DNA of 64,000 nucleotides from an uncultured Acidobacteriota bacterium (GTDB lineage Bacteria > Acidobacteriota > Terriglobia > Terriglobales > Acidobacteriaceae), in assembly GCA_963841655.1 (NCBI GenBank), contig CAWJDR010000003.1, positions 74,854 through 138,853 of the forward strand. Reading direction: 5' to 3'. Shown here piece after piece: positions 20,824 to 30,971 of the stretch. Made by a program: the position numbers and the translations under genes. The notes under the pieces are model-generated. The model was not told the origin of the DNA, made no database searches, and was given only the letters and a program-made list of their open reading frames with translations. How positions within the stretch are numbered: the stretch's first letter is position 1; every line of letters begins with the position of its first letter.

Positions 20824-21744
20824 TCAGAACCTCAGGGCCACCACTGCATGCCACACGCCCAGGACTAGCACGGCGTAAGACAGGGGAATGTGTACCAGCA
20901 GCCAGCCGTGTAGCAATTTGTGAAGGCGATTCTGTTTGTCCAGTTGGCGTTTTTCGTCACAGATGTTTTCCAGATCGTCGATACTGGCATGCAATGCTGG
21001 TGGGAACAGAACCCGCAATTGCCGGAACATCGCCCGCGCCAAGGAAGGATTGCCCAGCCTCGCTCTGCTTGGGCCTGTCTTACCAAGGTAGGGTTGAACT
21101 TCGACCAGCAGGAATCGCCGCAACTCGCTACTCGCTTGCTCGTCCGCCTGAAGGCCGGAGGCAACCGTTACGTCCCAATTTGCTCCTGCGGATGCAGCCA
21201 TGGCTCGCTGTTGAGCACTCGCACCCGAAACTTCTCCTTCCAGCGCCGCGCAGGATTCTTCCACCAGTCGTGAGGCTTCTTCCGCCAGTTGGCTCCGCAC
21301 CCGATCGATCTGCTCGTAGATTGTCTCCATCGGAAGCTGGGCGGTTTGCAATCGCGGCATGAAATGCTGCAGGGCGGCGCCAAGGAGTCCGCTGAAAAAT
21401 ACAAAGATGAACAGCCACATCAGGACTCGAGTCAGTGAGCCACCAAAGTGAAATCCGCCATGCAACAGGATCAGGGGAAAGCTCACCAATCCGAGCCAGA
21501 GGTGGGCGCGCATCCACGTCTGTGCGCGCCCCACACGCCAGACAGGAAATTTCTTGCGAAGACCCAGCAGGCCGGCGAAGAGCATGAATGCGAAGCCGAC
21601 GCTGCCGTAGACAAGCCCGAGCGCGCTACCTCCGCGTGCACCCTGTGGGGACTGGAAGGTATAAGGGACATAGGCTGCCGTCGCAATCGCCAGCCCAACC
21701 GCGGTCCCGACAAACCATTTGCGATGGGTGTGATCGATCAGCAA
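20824..21744 (-). CDS. 5-TM membrane protein with paired His (candidate di-haem b-type transmembrane electron carrier)
   Basis: 306 aa. Four N-terminal TM helices, a cytoplasmic helical region of about 150 aa, and one C-terminal TM helix. His81/His95 and His285/His299 are each 14 residues apart within predicted helices. I recognise no named family. Confidence 0.5.
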   Translation of the reverse strand: MLIDHTHRKWFVGTAVGLAIATAAYVPYTFQSPQGARGGSALGLVYGSVGFAFMLFAGLLGLRKKFPVWRVGRAQTWMRAHLWLGLVSFPLILLHGGFHFGGSLTRVLMWLFIFVFFSGLLGAALQHFMPRLQTAQLPMETIYEQIDRVRSQLAEEASRLVEESCAALEGEVSGASAQQRAMAASAGANWDVTVASGLQADEQASSELRRFLLVEVQPYLGKTGPSRARLGNPSLARAMFRQLRVLFPPALHASIDDLENICDEKRQLDKQNRLHKLLHGWLLVHIPLSYAVLVLGVWHAVVALRF

Positions 21745-21749
21745 TGGAT

Positions 21750-23912
21750 CTATCCCTCGAGTGGGCCGGACTGCTTGAGTAGTCCGGCGAAAAATTCGGG
21801 CGGATTCACTCGATGCGCGGCATCATGTGGACAGGCATAGACGCAGCTGGGCTCGGCATGGTCATGACACAAATCACAAGAGGTAGCTTTGACGCGCACG
21901 CTGGCTACTTTCCGGCCCGGATGGGCTGGATCGTCTAGTTCGACAGGAAACGGGTGCAGGTTAATATTGCCGTAAGGACAGTTGTTGGCGCACAGGCCGC
22001 AGCCGATACACCAGTCCTCGATGATGACTTCGAGGGAATTCCGGCGGCGGATAGAACCGACCGGACATCCAACCATGCACAGCGGATCGCGACACTGCCG
22101 GCAGGAGGTGGCTACCAGGTATTTGTCGAAGCGAAGTCCCTCGCGCACCAGTCGGCTGACACCATCATGCGCGTCGGCACAGGCTCGAACACACTGATCA
22201 CAACGGGTACACCGTTCCAGATCGAGGACCAGCAGGCTTTGCGCCTCCATCAGGCCGTTCGCTAGAAACTGGTCGACCGGCAGGTTTTGCACCTGAGTTA
22301 CGCGACGCCGGTTCTCTTCCAAACGCTCCCGGGCGATGGCTTCCAAACGACTACGAATATCCGGAAAGCGCTCCAGCATGAGTCCGAAGTCTTCGCGGGA
22401 AATGCGGACAGCCTCGACGTGATCGAGAGCCGTACAAGTTGCGGTGCGCGGGCTGCCACTGAGGAGGGCAATCTCTCCGAAGTAGCCGCCCCGCGCGAGA
22501 TAAGCCAGGACAAGTTCGCCGCCAGGACGCTCCTCGGACACCTTCACGAAGCCAATCCGCACCAGGTAGAAGCTGTCGGCCGCCTCTCCTTGGCGACAAA
22601 TCACCTGGCCGGGGTTGAAGCGCAGCAACTCCACCCGGTCACGGAGGTGATCAATGAAGTCCTTCGTGAGAGAGGAGAAGATGGGCACGCTGCGCAGATG
22701 CGAGTCGAGAGCGCGTGTGCGGTAGTTACGCTCCAGTTGGGCGCGGAAGGTTTTGTTGCGCTGAAGGATATCGAGGACGTTGCGGAGCATTTCAAGCATC
22801 ACGCAATCGGTCCGTGCGCGCACCGTCGCGGAGCGCGGGTAGTAGCTCATGCAGGTCATTTCGCCGAACAACTCGCCCGGCCCCAGTTCAGCGATCGGAT
22901 TGTCATAGGGCAAGTCGACCGTCGCGTCGATTGGAATGAACGGCCGATCGCCTTCCTCATGGCGCTGGTGCCGCTCTCGCGGGCTGAGGATGCTTTTCAG
23001 CCTCTTGAAAAAGCCTTTGCTGCTGCCCTCAGTTCTGACGTGCGCCATCGGGCTGGAGAGAAAGACCTCTGCTTTTCCCTCGAGGATGTAAAACGCAGTC
23101 GAACCAAACTCGCCCTCACGGCAAATCATCTCGCCCGCACGGTAGTGCCGTTTCACCACTGCTTTTTGATTCAGTTCCAGAAATGTGCCGGAAACGTTCT
23201 GGAAGATAGGCAGGTGCAATAATTCAGAGGGATCGAGAACATCTCCGATTCCCAATTCTGTCCCCACTACGCGCTTGTTCGTCAGAGCTCCCGTCGGACA
23301 GGAAACCATACACTCACCGCAGGAGACGCAGGACGACTCTCCCATGGGCAGATTTGTGTCGAAGGCCACACCCGCCTGGTATCCCTTGCCGCGGCGTGCC
23401 AACACCCAGTTGTTCCGAATGTCATCACAGCCCCGGATACAGCGATCGCACAGAATGCAGGATTCGTGGTCGACCGCGATGACAGCCGAAGAATCGTCTT
23501 TTCCGCGTGGGGTCATGCGGCGCGGGAAGCGTGGCTGATCAATGCGGGCGGCAGTTGCCAGGCGTTCCAGTTCGCAGTCTCCGGAATGCTGTTGACGCGC
23601 GCACGGGGCAGGGTGATCGGACATCAACAGTTCGATCAGCGTGTGGCGCGCTGCCTGGACCTGTTCGGTCGAGGTCTTCACGGTCATGCCTGGTTCCACT
23701 TGCCGAATACACGACGCTGCATACACGCGCTGGCCGACATCGACGACACAAACGCGGCAGACGCCCACCGGGTTTTCATTCTGCTGGTGGCAAAGCGTAG
23801 GGATCGCGATGCCATGGGTGCGAGCAGCATCGAAAATCGTCGTGCCGGCAGGAACCGACACGGGTGTTTCATCGATGGTCAATTGGACCGTGGGCGGCGG
23901 TGCGGAACTCAT
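21750..23912 (-). CDS. Fe-S protein: NuoG/HoxU-like N-terminus + 2 cyclic-nucleotide-binding domains + DmsB/NrfC-like 4x[4Fe-4S] C-terminus
   Basis: 720 aa with no signal peptide. 2Fe-2S fold (CHQQNENPVGVCRVCVVDV), CILCDRCIRGC and CVSCGECMVSCP clusters. Two CNB domains with phosphate-binding cassettes (LFGEMTCMSYYPRSATVRA; YFGEIALLSGSPRTATCTA). The C-terminus has CTRCDQCVRAC, CRQCRDPLCMVGCP, CIGCGLCANNCP and CDLCHDHAEPSCVYACP. 4-nt overlap with nuoEF. Confidence 0.8.
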   Translation of the reverse strand: MSSAPPPTVQLTIDETPVSVPAGTTIFDAARTHGIAIPTLCHQQNENPVGVCRVCVVDVGQRVYAASCIRQVEPGMTVKTSTEQVQAARHTLIELLMSDHPAPCARQQHSGDCELERLATAARIDQPRFPRRMTPRGKDDSSAVIAVDHESCILCDRCIRGCDDIRNNWVLARRGKGYQAGVAFDTNLPMGESSCVSCGECMVSCPTGALTNKRVVGTELGIGDVLDPSELLHLPIFQNVSGTFLELNQKAVVKRHYRAGEMICREGEFGSTAFYILEGKAEVFLSSPMAHVRTEGSSKGFFKRLKSILSPRERHQRHEEGDRPFIPIDATVDLPYDNPIAELGPGELFGEMTCMSYYPRSATVRARTDCVMLEMLRNVLDILQRNKTFRAQLERNYRTRALDSHLRSVPIFSSLTKDFIDHLRDRVELLRFNPGQVICRQGEAADSFYLVRIGFVKVSEERPGGELVLAYLARGGYFGEIALLSGSPRTATCTALDHVEAVRISREDFGLMLERFPDIRSRLEAIARERLEENRRRVTQVQNLPVDQFLANGLMEAQSLLVLDLERCTRCDQCVRACADAHDGVSRLVREGLRFDKYLVATSCRQCRDPLCMVGCPVGSIRRRNSLEVIIEDWCIGCGLCANNCPYGNINLHPFPVELDDPAHPGRKVASVRVKATSCDLCHDHAEPSCVYACPHDAAHRVNPPEFFAGLLKQSGPLEG

Positions 23913-25582
23913 GCCGTCCCTCTATTGGAGAAGCAGACTCCCGCCGAGCAGTGGTGACGAGATAGATGTTCCTCTACGACGTCGGGGAAGTGCTTTAGCA
24001 CGGAAGCAATCGGCACTGGAACCACTTGTCCGAGCCCGCAAATGGAAGTTAACTTCATAGCCGAGGAAAGCTCGTCGAGAAGCTGACGATCGGTTTGCGA
24101 AGATCGACCTTCCGTCCATCCCGTCAACATTTCGACCATTTTTTGCGAACCCATGCGACAGGGGACACATTTCCCGCAAGATTCGTTCCGGTAGAAGCGC
24201 ACAGCGTTGAGCGCCATGTCGAGCATGCACCGGCCTTCGGCAACAACCACGATCGCGCCCGAGCCCACCATGGAACCGGCGGCGGCTACAGCATTCCAGT
24301 CGAGCGCAAGATCCGCCATCGAAGCAGGGAGATATCCGGACGAGGGGCCAGAGGGTGCATAAGCCAGAAGCCTTCGATTGTCCAAAACCCCACCGGCAAG
24401 CTCGTAGATGAGTTCGGAGTACTTGGTTCCCATGGGGACTTCGAAGACGCCAGGCGAGTTCACATCCCCACTGACCCCCACGAACTTCATGCCAACTGAG
24501 CCGTTTTTGCCTTGCGCCTTGAACCAGTCGGCACCTCGCGCGAGGATCGCTGTGGCAAACGTGAATGTTTCGACGTTATTGATTGCGGTCGGCTGATTCC
24601 ATAGGCCATTCGTGCCCGGGAACGGAGGCTTGTTGCGGGGTTCGGCTCGCTTGCCTTCAATTGCTTCCAGCAGCGCACTCTCTTCGCCGCAAATGTAACC
24701 TCCCGGGCTGACGAAGATCTCTAGATCAAACGACAAGTCACTCCCGAGGATGCGTTTGCCAAGCAGTCCCGACTCGTAGCAATGCTCGATTTCCTTCTGC
24801 AAAACCTTCTTGGGTTCTTCGTACTCGTGTCGGATATATAGAATTCCTTGCTGCGCTCCGGTGACGAGCCCAGCAGTGATCATGCCCTCGATCACCAGGT
24901 GAGGGACTGTCTCCATGATGAAGCGATCCTTGATGGTGCCCGGTTCACTCTCGTCTGCATTGCAGACGATGTACTTCGCCTTACCCGGCGCGTTGCGGAC
25001 GATTTCCCACTTGTTGCCGGTCGGAAACCCGGCGCCTCCCATACCTCGCAAACCGCTTGCCTTGAGAGTCGCGATGATCCCGCTCCAATCCCGCGTTTCC
25101 ACGAACCGGCGGACGACAGAGTAGTTCGACGATCCGTTGTAGGGATCCGAACTGACCCGCGCCTGCGGGTTGTCCAGCGGCGCCAGAGGGAGTGGGCGAC
25201 GAGAGAGAGCATCACGAACCAGTCTGATCGCATTGGACCTATCCAAATTGCAGAAGATGCGGTCGTTCACAGAAAGCGCGGGCGCCTGATCGCAGCGACC
25301 GAGGCAGGAGACGTCTCGGATCGACGCGTCTTCGGAGCCCTCTCCCCGGAAAGCCTGCTTGAGCTCTGCTTTGAGTTCGGGACCACCGCGCAGGTGACAG
25401 CTCATGTCCGCACAGACCTTCACTTCAGCCGCGGGAGGTGGCGTTAAGTGAAAATGCGGATAGAAGCTGGCTACCGTGTGGATCTGACTGACGGGAACGT
25501 TGATTTGCGCAGCGAGCTGCTGCAACTGTTCGGCCGGCAAATAACCAAACTGCTGCTGGATCGCCCTGAGTTGGTCAAACAA
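23909..25582 (-). CDS. NuoE-NuoF fusion flavoprotein (NAD(P)H-binding, FMN, 2Fe-2S + 4Fe-4S)
   Basis: 557 aa. NuoE-like N-terminus (FGYLPAEQLQQLAAQINVPVSQIHTVASFY, CADMSCHLRG, CLGRCDQAP). NuoF core (GLRGMGGAGFPTGNKW, ADESEPGT, ESCGKCVPCRMG). Confidence 0.9.
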   Translation of the reverse strand: MFDQLRAIQQQFGYLPAEQLQQLAAQINVPVSQIHTVASFYPHFHLTPPPAAEVKVCADMSCHLRGGPELKAELKQAFRGEGSEDASIRDVSCLGRCDQAPALSVNDRIFCNLDRSNAIRLVRDALSRRPLPLAPLDNPQARVSSDPYNGSSNYSVVRRFVETRDWSGIIATLKASGLRGMGGAGFPTGNKWEIVRNAPGKAKYIVCNADESEPGTIKDRFIMETVPHLVIEGMITAGLVTGAQQGILYIRHEYEEPKKVLQKEIEHCYESGLLGKRILGSDLSFDLEIFVSPGGYICGEESALLEAIEGKRAEPRNKPPFPGTNGLWNQPTAINNVETFTFATAILARGADWFKAQGKNGSVGMKFVGVSGDVNSPGVFEVPMGTKYSELIYELAGGVLDNRRLLAYAPSGPSSGYLPASMADLALDWNAVAAAGSMVGSGAIVVVAEGRCMLDMALNAVRFYRNESCGKCVPCRMGSQKMVEMLTGWTEGRSSQTDRQLLDELSSAMKLTSICGLGQVVPVPIASVLKHFPDVVEEHLSRHHCSAGVCFSNRGTA

Positions 25583-25814
25583 GGCGCTAGAGTCCCCTTA
25601 GGTTCGGATGAGTCGTATTGGAGATTTGAGGGAATCTTACCGTCCCCTGTTTGCTCAGGGGAATACCGATCTTGGGACACGCGCACTGACGATCGGACCT
25701 GTACTGACGTGCTTGCCCCGTACCAAACTGTCAATTGATTCCGCCCTCCAGAATGAGTATAAGCAAGGCCAATCCGCAACGATCACGCGCGGAATTCTTT
25801 CATCACCAAGAGCC

Positions 25815-27147
25815 ATGGGCAAGACACCGAACCCGGCGTGGCAAGTAGTGGTGTGCCTCGCTTTTGCGACGGTGGTCGCTGCCCAAAACAGTTCGGCGGG
25901 CAAGTACAACGGTCCGGGCGGATGCGCCAGTAGCAGTTGTCACGGGAGCATCCAGCCCAAGCAGATCACGCGCGTTGCGCAGAACGAATACAGCATCTGG
26001 GCCGGGCAAGATAAGCATGCGCGTGCCTACCAGGTGCTCTCCAATCCGGTCTCCATACGGATCGGCAAGATTCTCAACATCGGCCGGCCTGATCAAGCGC
26101 AGAAATGTCTTGCCTGCCACGCACTATCGGTCCCCGCCGAGCAACGCGCCGAATCGTTCGAACTGATTGACGGCGTGAGTTGTGAGAGCTGCCACGGGCC
26201 CGCCTCAGGATGGCTCGGTCCGCACACAACCCGTGATTGGCCGCACGAGAAGTCTGTTCAGCTGGGAATGTACGATACCCGCGACCTGATCAAGCGCAGC
26301 GAGCGCTGCTTGAGTTGCCATCTAGGTACGGCGGAAAAGTTTGTCGATCACCAAATGATTGCCGCCGGACACCCCGACCTGACCTTCGAACTCAATCTCT
26401 TCAGTGCGGTGATGCCTCGTCATTGGAAGCAACCTCCAGATGACGCCTGGCGCGGGGTGCAGGAGTGGGGAATCGGCGAGGCGGTGCAACTGCAGAAGGG
26501 GTTGGAGCGTTTAGCGCGGCGGGCCAGCAGTTCGACGTGGCCGGAATACGGCGAACTCGATTGTTTTGCCTGCCATCACAGTCTGACGAAGCCGGAAGAT
26601 AGCTGGCGACAAGAACTCGGCTACTCGGGACGCAAGCCCGGCGTGCCTGCTTGGAATGGGTCCCGCTATGTGGTATTTCGTCATCTGGTGCAGAAAGATA
26701 AATGCTGATGTGGCGATCCAGTTGGACGCCGACATGGTGAAGCTTGCCAGCCTGCTCGGCCAGCCGAACGCGAACCCGCAGGATATTGCCGCTACTGCGA
26801 CCCGAGGGGCAGGATTCGCCGGCCAGATTTCGCGGCAACTCAGTGCGAAGACCTATGACCAGTCATTCACACTTGGCTTAATGCGGGCTATTGTGCAGGA
26901 TGGCGAATCTATTTCGGGGCAGGGACAACGCGCTGCCGAGCAAGCTGCAATGTCTCTGGACTCCCTCTTCGTGGCCTACAAGCAAAATGCGAAGGCAGAG
27001 AACGAATCTGAAATTCGGGAATCGATTAACGGGCTCTTCCAGCAACTGGACAACCCTTCCGCGTACAACGCTCCCCGTTTCGCCGCACAGATGCAGAAGG
27101 TGAGCTCTGTTTTGTCACGCGTCGGCCGGGAGAAGGCGAGCCAGTGA
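25815..27147 (+). pseudogene. periplasmic multihaem cytochrome c (c554-like style, 4 CxxCH + 1 CX4CH) with helical C-terminal domain; one frameshift as assembled
   Basis: Start taken at MGKTPNPAWQVVVCLAFATVVAAQ (signal peptide) inside ORF 25608..26708. Motifs CASSSCH, CLACH, CESCH, CLSCH, CFACH. The reading continues ..RHLVQK / INADVAIQLD.. into ORF 26656..27147, with the shift at AAA 26694-96. Confidence 0.7.
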
Positions 27148-29845
27148 GCACGAGTGCATCCTCCGCTCCGCCTCTTAGTAAGGAACACGAGCGTCTGCGC
27201 GAACCATACACGGGCGTCGTGTCGCGCCCTGGCGGAAATGGGGGCCTTACGTCAGCGAGCGCTCCTGGGGGAGCGTGCGCGAGGACTACAGTCCAGACGG
27301 TTGCGCGTGGGAATTCCTGACCCACGATATGGCGCGCAGCAAGGCATACCGCTGGGGCGAGGACGGAATTGCTGGCATTTGCGACCGCTATCAACTGCTG
27401 GTGTTTGCCCTGGCTTTCTGGAACGGCAAGGATCCCATCCTGAAAGAACGCATGTTTGGACTTTCAGGGAATGAAGGCAACCACGGAGAAGACGCCAAAG
27501 AATACTGGTTCTATCTCGACAACACTCCCACCCACAGTTACCAGAAGATGCTCTATAAGTACCCGCAGCGAGAATTTCCGTATGAGCAACTATTGGAGGA
27601 AAATCGGCGCCGTTGGGGGCAGGTGGGGGAGCCTGAATACGAACTCCTGGACACGGGCGTATTTGATGATGACCGGTATTTCGATATTTTCGTCGAGTAT
27701 GCGAAGGCCGGTCCTGAAGACATTTGTATTCGGATCGAGGCAATCAACCGCGGTCCGGAACCGGCTCATCTGGATCTGCTTCCGCACCTGTGGTTTCGAA
27801 ATACCTGGTCGTGGTCGGAGCCGCGAGGCAGTGAGCCGCAGATACGACTCGCGCCATCCATGGAAAATGGCCTGACTCTCGTTGCCGACGATTTCCATGT
27901 GACGCGCCTCCGCAACCTTCAGTTTCCATATGCACTTGGACCGCGGTATCTGTACGCTCCTGCGGACGGTGACGCCTTATTCACCGATAATGAGAGCAAT
28001 GCAGTGCGCCTTTATGGATGTGCTTCCAACTGCAAATCTTTCGTAAAGGATGCTTTTCATCGCCGCATTGTGCACGGAGAACACTGCACGAACCCGGCCA
28101 AGACTGGCACGAAAGCATGTGCCCGCTACAGCTACCAAGTACCAGCGGGCGAGTCAGTGGTTCTCCGCCTTCGCCTGACTCCGGACAAACTCAGGGCTCC
28201 GCTAGCCGAAGTCGACCGAATCGTCACGCAGAGAAAGATCGAAGCCGACGAATTCTATGCGGCCGTGCAACCCGCCAGCGCAACGCCGGATGAGAAGACC
28301 ATCCAGCGCCAGGCTCTCTCGGGAATGCTCTGGAGCAAGCAGATTTACCTGTGGGATGTGAATCTGTGGCTCGAAGGAGACAACCCTAAGCTGCCGCCGC
28401 CGGAATCGCGCAAGCGCATGCGCAATGTTCACTGGCGTCACCTGAATTCCATGCGGGTGATGTCGATGCCGGATAAGTGGGAGTTTCCGTGGTTTGCAGC
28501 CTGGGACTTGGCGTTCCAGTGCATCACGCTGGCACTGGTCGATCCTGAATTTGCCAAAGAAAATCTTTGGATACTCTTGTTCGAGCAGTTCCAGCATCCC
28601 AACGGCCAGATCCCCGCATATGAGTGGGAATTCTCCGACATGAATCCGCCAGTTCATGCGTGGGCGTGTTGGCGCGTTTACCAACTAGAGAAGCAACGCA
28701 CCGGGAATGGCGACGTCTCCTTCCTGGAGAAATGCCTGCATAAGCTCCTGATGAACTTCGCCTGGTGGGTCAATCGTGTCGATAGCCAGGGAAACAACGT
28801 GTTCGAGGGCGGCTTTCTTGGTCTGGACAACATTGCAGTCGTGGATCGTGGAGAAAAGTTTCCCAATGGCGCGATTCTTGAACAATCCGACGCAACCGGG
28901 TGGATGGGATTCTTCTGCTTGTACCTGATGCGTATTGCACTCGAGTTGGCCAAGCAGAATCCTGTGTATGAGGGTGTGGCCACCAAGTTTTTCGAGCACT
29001 TCATCTACATCGGCGCGGCCATGAAGAAAATGGGTGGCCGCAACTATCAATTGTGGGACGAAACCGACGGGTTTTTCTACGACGTCCTGCGCTACCCCAA
29101 CGGTGAGTTTCACAAGTTTCGCTTGCGCTCGCTGGTAGGACTGATTCCTCTATACGCCATAGAGGTGCTGGAGGAGGAAGAACTTCAGTCGCATCCCAAT
29201 TTTCTCCGCGACGTCGAATGGTTCATCAAGAACCGGCCCGATCTGGTGGGCGATGCTTGTTACACGATTGGCACCGGTAAGAAGCGCTATGTCCTCTCCA
29301 TTGCGGATCCGAACCAGTTCAAGCGACTTCTGGAACGCATCTGGGACCCCGATGAATTCCTGTCAGCCCACGGGATTCGAAGCCTCTCGAAATATCACGG
29401 ACAACATCCGTTCACGTTTGGCGACCGCTCACTCGGGTATGAACCGGGCGAAGCGGAAGTGAAGCTGAAAGGAGGGAACTCCAACTGGCGAGGCCCTATC
29501 TGGTTTCCAACGTCTTACCTTCTTATTCATTCTCTTCTGCGTTTTGACCATGCGCTCGGTTCGTCATCGGCAGTGCGTGCTCGGGGAAGCAACGATCACC
29601 CGATCACACCCAGCACCATGGCTGAAGAAGCCGCCAACCGAATGATCGGGATCTTCAAGCGTGATGCCACCGGACGGCGACCCTGCTTTGGACGATACGC
29701 GAAATTTCAGAATGACCCCCACTGGCGCGATTGCCTGCTATTCAATGAGTACTACCACGGCGACAGCGGAATGGGCCTGGGTGCGAGTCATCAAACCGGG
29801 TGGAGCGGACTGGTCGCCAACCTGATCGACGAATGGCGACGGTGA
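27144..29845 (+). pseudogene. GH63-like glycoside hydrolase (MGH1/glucosidase family); one frameshift as assembled
   Basis: The main ORF 27275..29845 has an (alpha/alpha)6 GH63-style body ([44 protein letters not shown]). The conserved N-terminus SKEHERLRE...[21 protein letters not shown] lies upstream, partly in another frame starting at GTG 27144 (GTGA overlap with the previous stop). The shift is at CCC 27227-29. Confidence 0.75.
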
Positions 29846-29849
29846 GACC

Positions 29850-30888
29850 ATGGCCCTGCGAAAACGACTGCTGTTCGCGTTAGTCCTGCTGGTGATCTTG
29901 ATTGCCGTCAGCATGACGGGGTATCGCGTGCTTGGCGGTGACTCCGTTACGTTTCTGCAGGCGTTGTATATGGCGGTGATCACACTGGCGGGAGTCGGAT
30001 ACGGCGAAATCGTGGACACCAGCCACAATCCCGCCTTGCGCATTTTCAATATCGGGATCGTGCTGTTCGGAGTCGCAGTGACGGTCTACGTGTTTTCGGT
30101 TGTGGCCGCCTTCCTCGTCGAGGTGGAGGTCACGAATCCTCTCTGGAGGCGCAGAATGCAAAGACACATCAACGAACTGACGGATCATTTCATTGTTTGC
30201 GGACTGGGTGATACAGGCAGGTACGCCGTAGCCGAACTCCAGAAGACCGAGACACCCTATGTGGTTGTCGACCTCTCAGAGGACAGCCTCAAGAAATCGC
30301 GCGATCTGCACTCTGAGAAGTTGAATGTTCTGTATGTCATCGGTGATGCGACCGAAGAAGACGTCCTTGAAAAAGCTGGCTTGGACCGGGCCCGGGGGTT
30401 AATTGCTGCCCTTCCAAACGACAAGGACAATCTGGTGATCACTGTGATCGTGCGCCAACGTTTTCCAAAAATGCGTATCGTGGTCGCGATCGGCGGACAA
30501 GAAGTTCGCTGACCGCATGATGCGTGCGGGTGCAAATTCCACGGTGTCGCCCAGCCAGATTGGCGGGTTGCGCCTCGCCAGTGAGATCATCCGGCCACAC
30601 GTGGTTCGCTTTTTAGACCAGATGCTGAAAGAACAGGGCGGGACGTTGCGTGTCGAGGAGATCGAAGTAGACGCTACTTCCAAGTGGGCTGGCATGGCCC
30701 TGCATGACCTGAATCTAAAAGGGCAGTACAACCTGCTCATATTGGGAATGAAGAAACCTGGACCTAGCAACGTTTCCGACCTGGTAATCAACCCACCCGA
30801 CAATGCCCTCGTGCCCGCGCAGGGAGTAATCATCGCCATGGGCGAAGTTAAGGATATTCAGCGAGCTCGTCACGACGCTCGAACATAG
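29850..30888 (+). pseudogene. potassium channel with RCK (TrkA-N/TrkA-C) domains; one frameshift as assembled
   Basis: ORF 29850..30512 has 2 TM helices, a pore with TLAGVGYGE and a Rossmann motif IVCGLGDTGRY. ORF 30517..30888 carries the rest (..RAGANSTVSPSQIGG.. and a TrkA-C-like LRVEEIEVD...). The frames join at about 30485-30495. Confidence 0.8.
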
Positions 30889-30921
30889 ACGTGATCTGAT
30901 TCCTGCAGGTCGGGCGGCTAC

Positions 30922-30948
30922 AAAAGAAAAGGGGAGCTTTCGCCCCCC
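30922..30948 (-). terminator. rho-independent terminator downstream of the aldehyde dehydrogenase gene
   Basis: Minus strand GGGGGCGAAAGCTCCCC hairpin with a GAAA loop, followed by TTTTCTTTT. Lies 24 nt after the stop at 30972. Confidence 0.6.
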
Positions 30949-30971
30949 TGCTTGTTCTATTGATGCGTTGA

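Noticed and set aside
22287-23222. 311-aa plus-strand ORF
   Set aside because: It is antisense to the Fe-S/CNB gene. No recognisable motifs.
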